Source: Fidelibacterota bacterium SCGC AAA160-B08
GTDB taxonomy: Bacteria > Fidelibacterota > Marinisomatia > Marinisomatales > Marinisomataceae
Assembly: GCA_000402755.1 (NCBI GenBank)
Contig: AQSD01000001.1
Coordinates: forward strand, 9,402 to 73,401
Direction of reading: 5' to 3'
DNA: 64,000 nucleotides
The position numbers and the translations under genes are program-made. Every line of letters starts with the position of its first letter. Within the stretch, counting starts at the first letter, position 1. The notes below the pieces were generated by a model. The model did no database searches. It had not been told where the DNA came from and was given only the letters and a program-made list of their open reading frames with translations. Below, one piece after another: positions 40,246-51,932 of this stretch.

Positions 40246-41699
40246 TCTTTTTTAGAGGAGTCTAATCTGTTTTCTTCAAGTTGTTTTAAAAACTCTTTTG
40301 TTACATTTCCAGTACAATACTCTCCAGTAAAAACAGAATCTTCAAAATTTTTAATTTTAGGATTACCAATTTGAGCAGAGAGTTTTAATGCCCCTAGCTC
40401 TTGATAAACTAAAACATCGGCGCCTATAAATTTTTCTACTTCTTTTACGGTTCTTCCGTTAGCTACAAGCTCGCTTGTTGCTGGCATATCAATACCATAT
40501 ACGTTTTGATACCTAATAGGAGGAGCTGCAGAGGCAAAAAACACTTTATTTGCACCACTCTTTCTAACCATTTCAATAATTTTTTTAGATGTATTTCCTC
40601 TTACAATAGAGTCATCTACAAGTAAGACATTTTTATTTTTAAATTCAATTTCAATTGGACTCAGCTTATGCGCAACAGACCTTTTTCTAATGCTTTGCCC
40701 CGGCATTATAAACGTTCTACCGATATATCTGTTTTTGATAAAACCTTCGCGGTATTTTGCTCCAAGCTTATAGGCAACCTGCATTGCTGAGGTTCTACTT
40801 GTGTCTGGTATGGGAATAACAACGTCTATATCAAGATGGCCATATTCTTTTAATATTTTTTCACCTAAAAAATCGCCCATTCTTAAGCGAGCCTTATGAA
40901 CAGATATAGAATCGATGGTAGAGTCTGGACGAGAAAAATAAACAAACTCAAAAAGACATGGAGTGTGGTTTTCTTTTTTAGAACACTGTTTTTTTGACAA
41001 CTCCCCATCTTCTGAAATAATAATTGCTTCTCCCGGGTTAACGTCTCGGACAAAAGAGTAGCCCAGCGCAGTAAGGGCAGAACTTTCTGATGCAACCATA
41101 TAAGAGTCCTTGTTTTTTCCCAAAACAAGAGGACGAATTCCGTTTGGATCTCTAAAGGCTACAATACCAACCCCCGCAACGAGCATTACCACCGCATACC
41201 CACCCTCACACTGCTGGTATACATTTTTTAAAGCAGTAAAAACGTGGTTGTTTTTTAAGTTTCTAAAGTTTGTTTTATAAAGCTCATATGCAAAAAGATT
41301 TAACAAAACTTCAGAGTCTGACTGCGTATTAAACTGACAAAAGTGCGTTTTTAAAAGAGAGGCCCTTGTTTGTTCGCTGTTGGTTAAGGTTCCATTATGT
41401 GCAAGTGAAATATTAACAGGATTTGCTGAATAAAATGGTTGAGCTTCGCTTGCATCCGAACACCCCGCCGTAGGATATCTTACATGACCCACACCAACAT
41501 TGCCTTCGAGACTTAAAGACTCGCTGGTTTTAAAAACCTCAGTCACAACCCCAAGTTCTTTATGTAAAGACATTTTTGACTTATCCCAAGTAGCAATTCC
41601 GGCAGCATCTTGTCCTCTATGCTGTACCTGTATTAAGGCGTCGTATATCTCTCCAGATACATTTTTATTTTTATGATATATTCCAACTATTCCGCACAT
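40242..41699 (-). CDS. purF: Amidophosphoribosyltransferase
   Basis: N-terminal nucleophile MCGIVGI, the Ntn-GATase domain and the PRTase motif VLLVDDSIVRGNT. Confidence 0.96.
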   Translation of the reverse strand: MCGIVGIYHKNKNVSGEIYDALIQVQHRGQDAAGIATWDKSKMSLHKELGVVTEVFKTSESLSLEGNVGVGHVRYPTAGCSDASEAQPFYSANPVNISLAHNGTLTNSEQTRASLLKTHFCQFNTQSDSEVLLNLFAYELYKTNFRNLKNNHVFTALKNVYQQCEGGYAVVMLVAGVGIVAFRDPNGIRPLVLGKNKDSYMVASESSALTALGYSFVRDVNPGEAIIISEDGELSKKQCSKKENHTPCLFEFVYFSRPDSTIDSISVHKARLRMGDFLGEKILKEYGHLDIDVVIPIPDTSRTSAMQVAYKLGAKYREGFIKNRYIGRTFIMPGQSIRKRSVAHKLSPIEIEFKNKNVLLVDDSIVRGNTSKKIIEMVRKSGANKVFFASAAPPIRYQNVYGIDMPATSELVANGRTVKEVEKFIGADVLVYQELGALKLSAQIGNPKIKNFEDSVFTGEYCTGNVTKEFLKQLEENRLDSSKKE

Positions 41700-41701
41700 A
41701 A

Positions 41702-43051
41702 CTAATACTTCTTTAAAATCTTCTTTATTTCACCAACATAGGTTGCTGGTGTAAGGTTTAATAGCGTGATTTTGTCTTGTTTTGAAATCTTTAACCGATC
41801 AACCAAACCTAAATAGGTTTCTTGATCTAGGGGAACACCCCTGGTTAGTTTTTTAATTTTATTGTATGCATTTTTATCCCCAGATTTTCGCAAAATTGTT
41901 TGTATTGCTTCTGCCAAAATACTCCACTGACCTTCTAGCTCGTTCGAAAGCTGTGTTTCGTTTGGATGAATTCTGCCAAGCCCGTTAATAATATTTTTAT
42001 AAGCCAGAAGAGAGTGACCAAAAGCAACCCCAACATTTCTAAAAAGCGTACTTCCACTTAAATCTCTTTGCATTCTAGATCGAGATAGTCTTGACGCCAA
42101 AAACATAAAGCTGGCATTAGAAAGCTCTAGATTTCCCTCTGCATTCTCAAAAGATATTGGATTAATTTTGTGGGGCATAGTACTCGAACCAACTTCGCCC
42201 GGTTTGTTCGTTTGTGTAAAAATATTTCTACTAATATATAACCAAACATCAACACACATATCAGTCAGGATGTTATTAGTCCTCACAAAAGCATGTAATA
42301 ACTCAGCAATAGAGTCGCTTGGCTCAACTTGTGTGGTGATTGGGTTGTTTTTTAAGCCTAAATCTCTAATAAATTTAGCTGAAAAAGCAGACCAAGACTC
42401 TTTTGGAAAAGCAATGTTGTGAGCAGCAAAAGTGCCCGTTGCACCAGAAAACTTAGCCAATAAAACATGATTTTTTATATATACAATTTGTCTTTGTAGT
42501 CTGCTGTGAAAAACCGCCATTTCTTTTCCAAGCGTGGTGGTTGTAGCGGGCTGTCCATGCGTCAAAGATAGCATTGGCATATCTTTTGTTTCTTTTATTA
42601 ACAATACAAGCAGAGCAGACATCTCTTCCAGGGCTTTGAATAGCGGCCCATTAATACCTCGCTGAAACATTAGAGAATATGCTGTGTTGTTAATGTCTTC
42701 TGAGGTAAGCCCAAAATGAACAAACGGGACTAGGTGTGGATAGCCATTTTTCTCTAGTTTTTGAGAAAAATATCCCACAACAGCATTAACATCGTGTTTT
42801 GTTTTAGCCTCAATTCTTTTGACCGCGTTGTATTCTTTTTGATCAAAATTTTCATAAAAACTGTGAAGAATTTTTTCGTCACCCTTCTTTAAAGATAGTT
42901 CTTTTTTCAGTGCGCGATGCTGAGAAAGGGCAACAAGATATTTTACCTCAACCTCTAGTCGCGATTTCATTAGAGCCTGTTCTGAAAAAAAATCGTTTAG
43001 CTCTAAAACATTTTTTTTATATCTACCATCTAAGGGAGAAATGGCGCTCAT
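41702..43051 (-). CDS. purB: Adenylosuccinate lyase
   Basis: SPLDGRY N-terminus and the fumarate-lyase signature GSSTMPHKINP; 449 aa. Confidence 0.95.
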   Translation of the reverse strand: MSAISPLDGRYKKNVLELNDFFSEQALMKSRLEVEVKYLVALSQHRALKKELSLKKGDEKILHSFYENFDQKEYNAVKRIEAKTKHDVNAVVGYFSQKLEKNGYPHLVPFVHFGLTSEDINNTAYSLMFQRGINGPLFKALEEMSALLVLLIKETKDMPMLSLTHGQPATTTTLGKEMAVFHSRLQRQIVYIKNHVLLAKFSGATGTFAAHNIAFPKESWSAFSAKFIRDLGLKNNPITTQVEPSDSIAELLHAFVRTNNILTDMCVDVWLYISRNIFTQTNKPGEVGSSTMPHKINPISFENAEGNLELSNASFMFLASRLSRSRMQRDLSGSTLFRNVGVAFGHSLLAYKNIINGLGRIHPNETQLSNELEGQWSILAEAIQTILRKSGDKNAYNKIKKLTRGVPLDQETYLGLVDRLKISKQDKITLLNLTPATYVGEIKKILKKY

Positions 43052-43443
43052 ATTTTCCCCAGATTTAGCATCCTATGTATTGCTAAAGCACAATTTCCAG
43101 GATCAAGCACGGTTAATACCGGAGTCATACTAGGCATTTGCAGCGTAGAGTGAATGTTAACAAGCATATCTACCTTATCTTGAAATGGAGGACAACCAAT
43201 GGTTGGCTTTTGTGTGTTTGCTGCTACAAAACCTGAAAGAGCATTAGACCTTCCCGCTATAGTTACAAAAACAACATGTTCTTCTGATGTATAAGACCGT
43301 ATAATTTCTAAAACTTTCTCTGGGTTTTTGTGCGCAGAGGCAGCAAAAGTTTCATGGCTAACTCCCAAAGTATCAAGCGTAGAGGTTATTTTATCTGCAT
43401 GCCCCTGGTCAGAGGTTGAACCCATAATTAGTACTGCTTTCAT
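43048..43443 (-). CDS. purE: Class II PurE (AIR carboxylase type), short 131-aa form
   Basis: The PurE fold is present (VLIMGSTSD). It carries SAHK (aa 36-39) and AGRSN (aa 63-67) plus GCPP, as in the PurE domain of animal PAICS. Class I enzymes have SAHR and AGGAAHLPG instead. No purK is present in the operon. Confidence 0.85.
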   Translation of the reverse strand: MKAVLIMGSTSDQGHADKITSTLDTLGVSHETFAASAHKNPEKVLEIIRSYTSEEHVVFVTIAGRSNALSGFVAANTQKPTIGCPPFQDKVDMLVNIHSTLQMPSMTPVLTVLDPGNCALAIHRMLNLGKI

Positions 43444-44414
43444 ATTAGCTCCTTAGTGTTATTAAAAATTCTTTCGTCAATATCGGTTAGGTCTGGAAAC
43501 TGAAATTTTTTACCCGTTATAAGTTCATATAATAAGATGTACCTCGCAGACAGCTCTATAATTAATTCATCTGGAGCCTCTGGTAATATTTTATCGTTAT
43601 ATGGGTCACAGTTTTTTGCGAACCAAAGCCTAAGAAACTCTTTATCAATATTTTGTGGCTCCTCGTTTTGCTCAAAACGACCGGTATAGGTTTCTTCTAT
43701 CCAATATCGACTAGAGTCGGGCGTATGTATTTCATCAACAAACTTAATGTTTCCATGAGCATCTTTTCCCAGCTCATATTTAGTGTCAACGAGAATTAAT
43801 CCATTTTTTGCCGCAATGCGCTGCCCATAATTAAAAAGATCTAAGCTCATTTTTGCTGCTTTGTCAAAGTCTTCTTCTGTCATAAGTCCCAGCTCAAGAA
43901 TTTCATCTTTTGAAACAGGCCTATCATGAACCTTATCTTTTGTAGTTGGGGTTAGCATTGGCTCTCCAAGCTTTTGATTTTTTTTCAAACCAGAAGGAAT
44001 TGGGTTACCACAATATTCTTTAGCACCGTTTTTATAAACGGTCCAAAGAGAGGTTTCGGTTGATCCTGTAATATATCCCCTTACAACAAACTCCACCTGA
44101 AACACATCGCACTTTTCTACAAGCGAAATATTGGGATCGGGAGTACTGATTAAGTGATTTGGAAATTGGTCTTTTGTTTTTTCGAACCACCATGCACTCA
44201 CCAGGTTTAAGACAGTTCCCTTGTATGGTATTCTTGCTAAAACTCTATCAAAGGCACTTTGCCTGTCAGTAGAAACCATAAGTACTTTGTCGTCCAAGAA
44301 ATAGGCATCACGCACCTTACCCACTTGTTTATTTTTTACGTGAATGTTGGTATCCTGAATTGTGTTATTCAGGTTCTCTCTAATTACCTGATAGTATTTT
44401 TTGTCAATATTCAT
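43440..44414 (-). CDS. purC: SAICAR synthetase (long, fungal/plant-like form)
   Basis: The LILVDTKYELG and DEIHTPDSSRYW motifs are present; 324 aa. Confidence 0.93.
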   Translation of the reverse strand: MNIDKKYYQVIRENLNNTIQDTNIHVKNKQVGKVRDAYFLDDKVLMVSTDRQSAFDRVLARIPYKGTVLNLVSAWWFEKTKDQFPNHLISTPDPNISLVEKCDVFQVEFVVRGYITGSTETSLWTVYKNGAKEYCGNPIPSGLKKNQKLGEPMLTPTTKDKVHDRPVSKDEILELGLMTEEDFDKAAKMSLDLFNYGQRIAAKNGLILVDTKYELGKDAHGNIKFVDEIHTPDSSRYWIEETYTGRFEQNEEPQNIDKEFLRLWFAKNCDPYNDKILPEAPDELIIELSARYILLYELITGKKFQFPDLTDIDERIFNNTKELI

Positions 44415-45657
44415 GACGTTCTTGCGAAATTGGATTACACAAAATATGACTATTTAAGATTAAATCAATGTCTTTTTTTGCTTGTTTTTTTTGAGAGACA
44501 GTTTCCCAAACCGTACCCTTTATAATATTTTTTATATTTAGAAAGCCAAAGCGCTTTTGTAGGGTTTCTTTCATCTTGCGGCCATCAATATTTTCTTTTT
44601 CTCTAACTAAAAAACGAGAACCAGAGTTTTTTTCTATACCACTAACCACAAACTCCTTGCTAGGATTAAATAAAACGTCTGTAGCAAATATATTTTCTAT
44701 GTCTAGGGCCCCATCATGCTCTATTTCAAGGTGTAAATATTTTTTTATAACAAGACCCTCTACCCCAAGCCTCTTTATACACTGACTAACAGAGATTGCT
44801 TCGTTGTCAGCAATAATCATAGATATTAAAATCTCGGTAGTATTTTTTTTCTTTTTAAAAGGGGAGAGAGCTATTTTTTGAGAGTTATATTTTAGAGACT
44901 TATAACTAAAAGAGGATTCAGTATTTAAAAACTGATTAAGAGCCTTAAAAACAGGATCACCCTTAGTGGTACGCTCCGGGTGTGGCATCATAGCTAATAC
45001 ATTGCCTCCAACATTTCCAAGAGCGGCAATATTATTGGTTGACCCGTTTGGGTTTATAGGAAAATTATTTACAACATCTCCATCCTCATTACAGTAATGA
45101 TATGCGGCAAGATTTTCTTTTTCAACAATCTCTTTTAGATCATCGTTCATTACAAATCTTCCCTCGGCATGTGCCAAAGGTACACTAAGAAAACCTTTAC
45201 AGTCTTTATCAATAAAGGCAGAATTGTTTTGTGCGTTGCTTTTGATATTACACCAAGTATTGTAGTACCCAGTGCCAATCACCCGCCCATTTTTCACCCG
45301 CTTATTTTGAGACAAACTTACAACAGTGTTAAAGTTTGTGTTCCCCGGAACCATTCCGGCCTCTACTAAAATCTGAGCCCCATTACAAATTCCCAAAACA
45401 GGTTTTCCTTGTAAGGCCTCATTTTTTAATGTGTCCATAATTGGATCTAAAGAAGCAATAATACCAGACCTAGATCGATCTTCGTAGGAGAAGCCACCAA
45501 CAATAACATATCCATCACAGGTTTTTAATTGAGAAGACGGCTCGTTCCATAGATGTGATATCGGGACCATACCACTTCTTTTGATTGCTGCAATAGTTTC
45601 AAGCTCTGTGTTTGAGCCGGGAAATTGAATAATAGCTATCTTGCGCTTATTTGTCAT
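44404..45657 (-). CDS. purQ: FGAM synthase glutaminase subunit PurQ fused to a C-terminal tandem PurS-like region
   Basis: Residues 1-245 are the GATase (GICNGAQIL nucleophile, MPHPER). Residues 273-338 and 347-417 look like two PurS-type modules (..RLGVEGLVIKKYLHLEIE...DVLFNPSKE.. and ..RFGFLNIKNIIKGTVWE...HILCNPISQE..). No separate purS ORF is present. Confidence 0.85.
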   Translation of the reverse strand: MTNKRKIAIIQFPGSNTELETIAAIKRSGMVPISHLWNEPSSQLKTCDGYVIVGGFSYEDRSRSGIIASLDPIMDTLKNEALQGKPVLGICNGAQILVEAGMVPGNTNFNTVVSLSQNKRVKNGRVIGTGYYNTWCNIKSNAQNNSAFIDKDCKGFLSVPLAHAEGRFVMNDDLKEIVEKENLAAYHYCNEDGDVVNNFPINPNGSTNNIAALGNVGGNVLAMMPHPERTTKGDPVFKALNQFLNTESSFSYKSLKYNSQKIALSPFKKKKNTTEILISMIIADNEAISVSQCIKRLGVEGLVIKKYLHLEIEHDGALDIENIFATDVLFNPSKEFVVSGIEKNSGSRFLVREKENIDGRKMKETLQKRFGFLNIKNIIKGTVWETVSQKKQAKKDIDLILNSHILCNPISQERHEY

Positions 45658-46689
45658 TCAAGTAAACCTGTTTAGATGAATTTGATACAATCACACCTAT
45701 TTCAAGGCAATTATTTGCCCCCAACATTTTTACAAGTCGATCTTTTTGTGATGGGTCAACAATAATAGTAAGACCAATCCCCATATTAAACGTACGGTAC
45801 ATTTCATTTATTTCTAAGTCCAGGTTTTCTACTAGAAACTGAAAAAGGGGAATTTTTTCCCAAGAATTGACATTAATCTCTGCAGCAAAGCCATCAGGAA
45901 AAACCCTTGGCATGTTATCAATTAGTCCACCACCGGTTATGTGCGCCAAGCTCTTAATTTGGAACTCTTTTTCAATAAGAAGGTTAATCATTTTACTATA
46001 ATTTTTATGTGGAGCAAGCAAAGCCTCTTCAATTGTGGTGGTTTTATCTGAAAGAGTATCGCTCACGCCTAGACTTAAAACATCAAAAATTAATTTTCTT
46101 GCTAATGAATACCCGTTTGTATGTAGACCGCTAGATGGGATACCCATAATTAAATCACCCTGTTTGACACAAGAGCCGTCGACAATGTCTTTTCGCTCTA
46201 CAATACCCGTTGCAATGCCAACCAAATCATATTCGTTTTTATGGTATGTGCCAGGCATTTCAGCGGTTTCTCCGCCAACCAAAGAAACCCCCAAGTTTTT
46301 ACACTCCGTGGCGACACTTTCTATAATATCTGAAACGATTTGTGGCTCTAAAGAGCTACTTGCAATATAATCAAGAAAGGTGAGAGGTGTTGCGCCAGTA
46401 GCTGCTACGTCATTACAGCAAGCATTTACCAAATCAAAACCTATAAAACTGAAGTTGTTACATTTTTGTGCTACAGCCATCTTTGTACCAACGCCATCAA
46501 TGCTTTGGACCATGACCGGGTCCTCGTAGCGATTAACAATATCTTTAATGTTATACATTGACCCAAACCCGCCAATTGAAGACAATACATTTTTATTAAA
46601 AGTAGATTGAATAATTTTTTTAGACGATGCGATTACATGATCTGCTTTTTCAATATCTACTCCAGCATCTTTATATGAAATTTTTTGTT

Positions 46690-46693
<4 letters not shown>
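45647..46693 (-). CDS. purM: AIR synthetase
   Basis: YKDAGVDI, GGFG and the DGVGTK motif are present. Start moved to ATG 46693 (MKQKISYKDAGV), giving an ATGA overlap with the purL stop. Confidence 0.95.
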
Positions 46694-50321
<3,628 letters not shown>

Positions 50322-50346
50322 TTATTGATAAGATGTAATTTATGTT

Positions 50347-51591
50347 GTGGATTCTATATACCAAAATAATACTTTTAAAACTGTAGTTTTTTTAAGCTTT
50401 TTCTTTTTTAATAGCTGTGCATTTGTGGGGCAACTAGCCATTCCAATGGAGTCAATTGACAAGCCAAAGGGACCTTATGGTATTGGTACCCAAGTCTTCT
50501 TCTGGACAGATGAAAAAAGGAGCGAACAATACACAACAGACCCAACGGATTTCAGAAAGCTGCAAGTACAAATTTGGTATCCTGCACAAATGAAGGAAGG
50601 CTATCAAAAAACAACTCATATGGTGTTTCCTAATAAGACATTAGATGCTATGGCGAGCACTCTTAATGTACCGGTGAATTTTATAAGACATGGCGCACGA
50701 CTAATGTCAAGCGCAGTTCAAGGAGCACATCCAGTAGAGGGAGAAAAATTCCCATTGATATTATTTTCACATGGTGATGGAGGCGTAGCAACTCAAAACC
50801 TGTCACAGGTTGAAGCGCTAGTAAGTAACGGATATATTGTGATTGCCCCCAACCACACCTATAATGCTTCTATTACTTTTGACGAAGAAGGTACCCCAGC
50901 TATATATCAATCCAATATTACGTGGAGCGAACAAACAATATATAGCAAGAAGTACTATGCAAATCAACTGATACGATATCGATATGCAGATATTGCGTTT
51001 ATATTAGATGAAATATCAAAAAATACCATACAAGGATCTATATCAAATCCTTATTACGACATGATAGATTTTGAACGCGTGGGAATGATGGGACACTCCA
51101 TGGGAGCAGGAACTAGCTATCATGGACTAATAAATGATAGGCGTATTAAGTCGGCAGCAGCATTCGATGGATGGTTTTTCCCTTTAGACAAAAAAACTTT
51201 TTCCACCCAAACCGACAAACCTTTTCTTCACTTAGGACAAGAGGAGTATTTGGATATAGATATAGAGGGTGATATTAATAATTCCGAATCCGGAAAGATT
51301 AATTTTGACATTCATAATGCCATCTTAGAAAACAATACAAGTTCTTTCGTTGTTTATGTTGAAAACAGTCTCCACGTTGACTTTACTGATTATAAACAGA
51401 CATATATTCAAGGAAGACCATTTACAATCCCGATATCTGACTTTGGAGATATCTCAAGAAATAAAATTAAAAATATTATGAACAAATCAATTCTAGAGTT
51501 TTTTAACTATACATTTAAAGGCGAAGAATTTGATCCAACAGTTCTAGATCAATATAATAATAGTATAAAAGTGAGCTATGATCCCAACTAG
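50347..51591 (+). CDS. Alpha/beta hydrolase, PAF-acetylhydrolase-like lipase/esterase (probable lipoprotein)
   Basis: GXSXG nucleophile elbow GHSMGAG. An N-terminal GPYGIGT...D..R strand resembles PAF-AH isoform II-family proteins. The leader is hydrophobic with a Cys (FFFNSC). Confidence 0.7.
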   Translation: MDSIYQNNTFKTVVFLSFFFFNSCAFVGQLAIPMESIDKPKGPYGIGTQVFFWTDEKRSEQYTTDPTDFRKLQVQIWYPAQMKEGYQKTTHMVFPNKTLDAMASTLNVPVNFIRHGARLMSSAVQGAHPVEGEKFPLILFSHGDGGVATQNLSQVEALVSNGYIVIAPNHTYNASITFDEEGTPAIYQSNITWSEQTIYSKKYYANQLIRYRYADIAFILDEISKNTIQGSISNPYYDMIDFERVGMMGHSMGAGTSYHGLINDRRIKSAAAFDGWFFPLDKKTFSTQTDKPFLHLGQEEYLDIDIEGDINNSESGKINFDIHNAILENNTSSFVVYVENSLHVDFTDYKQTYIQGRPFTIPISDFGDISRNKIKNIMNKSILEFFNYTFKGEEFDPTVLDQYNNSIKVSYDPN

Positions 51592-51701
51592 TTTTATAAA
51601 AAAAGTGGGAACATTTACCAAAAAATGGTGCCGGGTTTCACCATATTTAAGCTAAAAAAAAGAAAGATTTAATTTTTTTAGCCCAATTTGTCGTCTTGAA
51701 A

Positions 51702-51724
51702 GTCAATACTAAAAAAGTATTGAC
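51702..51724. promoter_or_regulatory. Inverted repeat GTCAATAC-N7-GTATTGAC, overlapping a TTGACA hexamer, upstream of the TonB-dependent receptor gene
   Basis: Perfect 8-bp arms read directly from the sequence. TTGACA lies at 51720-51725. Operator or promoter function is inferred only. Confidence 0.3.
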
Positions 51725-51768
51725 ATCAACTAAAACAATCCTCAATTTAAATGGATTTCACATTTGAA

Positions 51769-51782
51769 GGGATACGTATCCC
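51769..51782. promoter_or_regulatory. 14-bp perfect palindrome GGGATACGTATCCC in the leader of the TonB-dependent receptor gene
   Basis: Read directly from the sequence, about 150 nt upstream of the ATG at 51933. It is followed by a near-palindrome GGTACATATATACC. Confidence 0.3.
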
Positions 51783-51932
51783 CCGAACGTGGTACATATA
51801 TACCGTAAAAAGTATGTATGAAATTAAAAATTATATATACATTATATATATATAGGTAAATGAATGAAGACAAAAATGAAACAAAATAACAAATTAAAAT
51901 TTGTATATAAAAACTCATTTGGAGGTAGAATA

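Noticed and set aside
51633-51660. Hairpin ATGGTG-CCGGGTTT-CACCAT downstream of the hydrolase gene, considered as a terminator.
   Set aside because: The stem is only 6 bp, the loop is 8 nt and no T-tract follows. That is too weak to call.
51864-51932. A 23-codon N-terminal extension of the TonB-dependent receptor ORF (MKTKMKQNNKLKFVYKNSFGGRI).
   Set aside because: GGAGG lies 7 nt before the internal ATG at 51933, and a canonical signal peptide begins there. The extension is Lys/Asn-rich leader sequence. Similar extensions were trimmed for ppdK, thyA, yggS, mnmE, purM, psiE, the mltB-like gene and dnaA.
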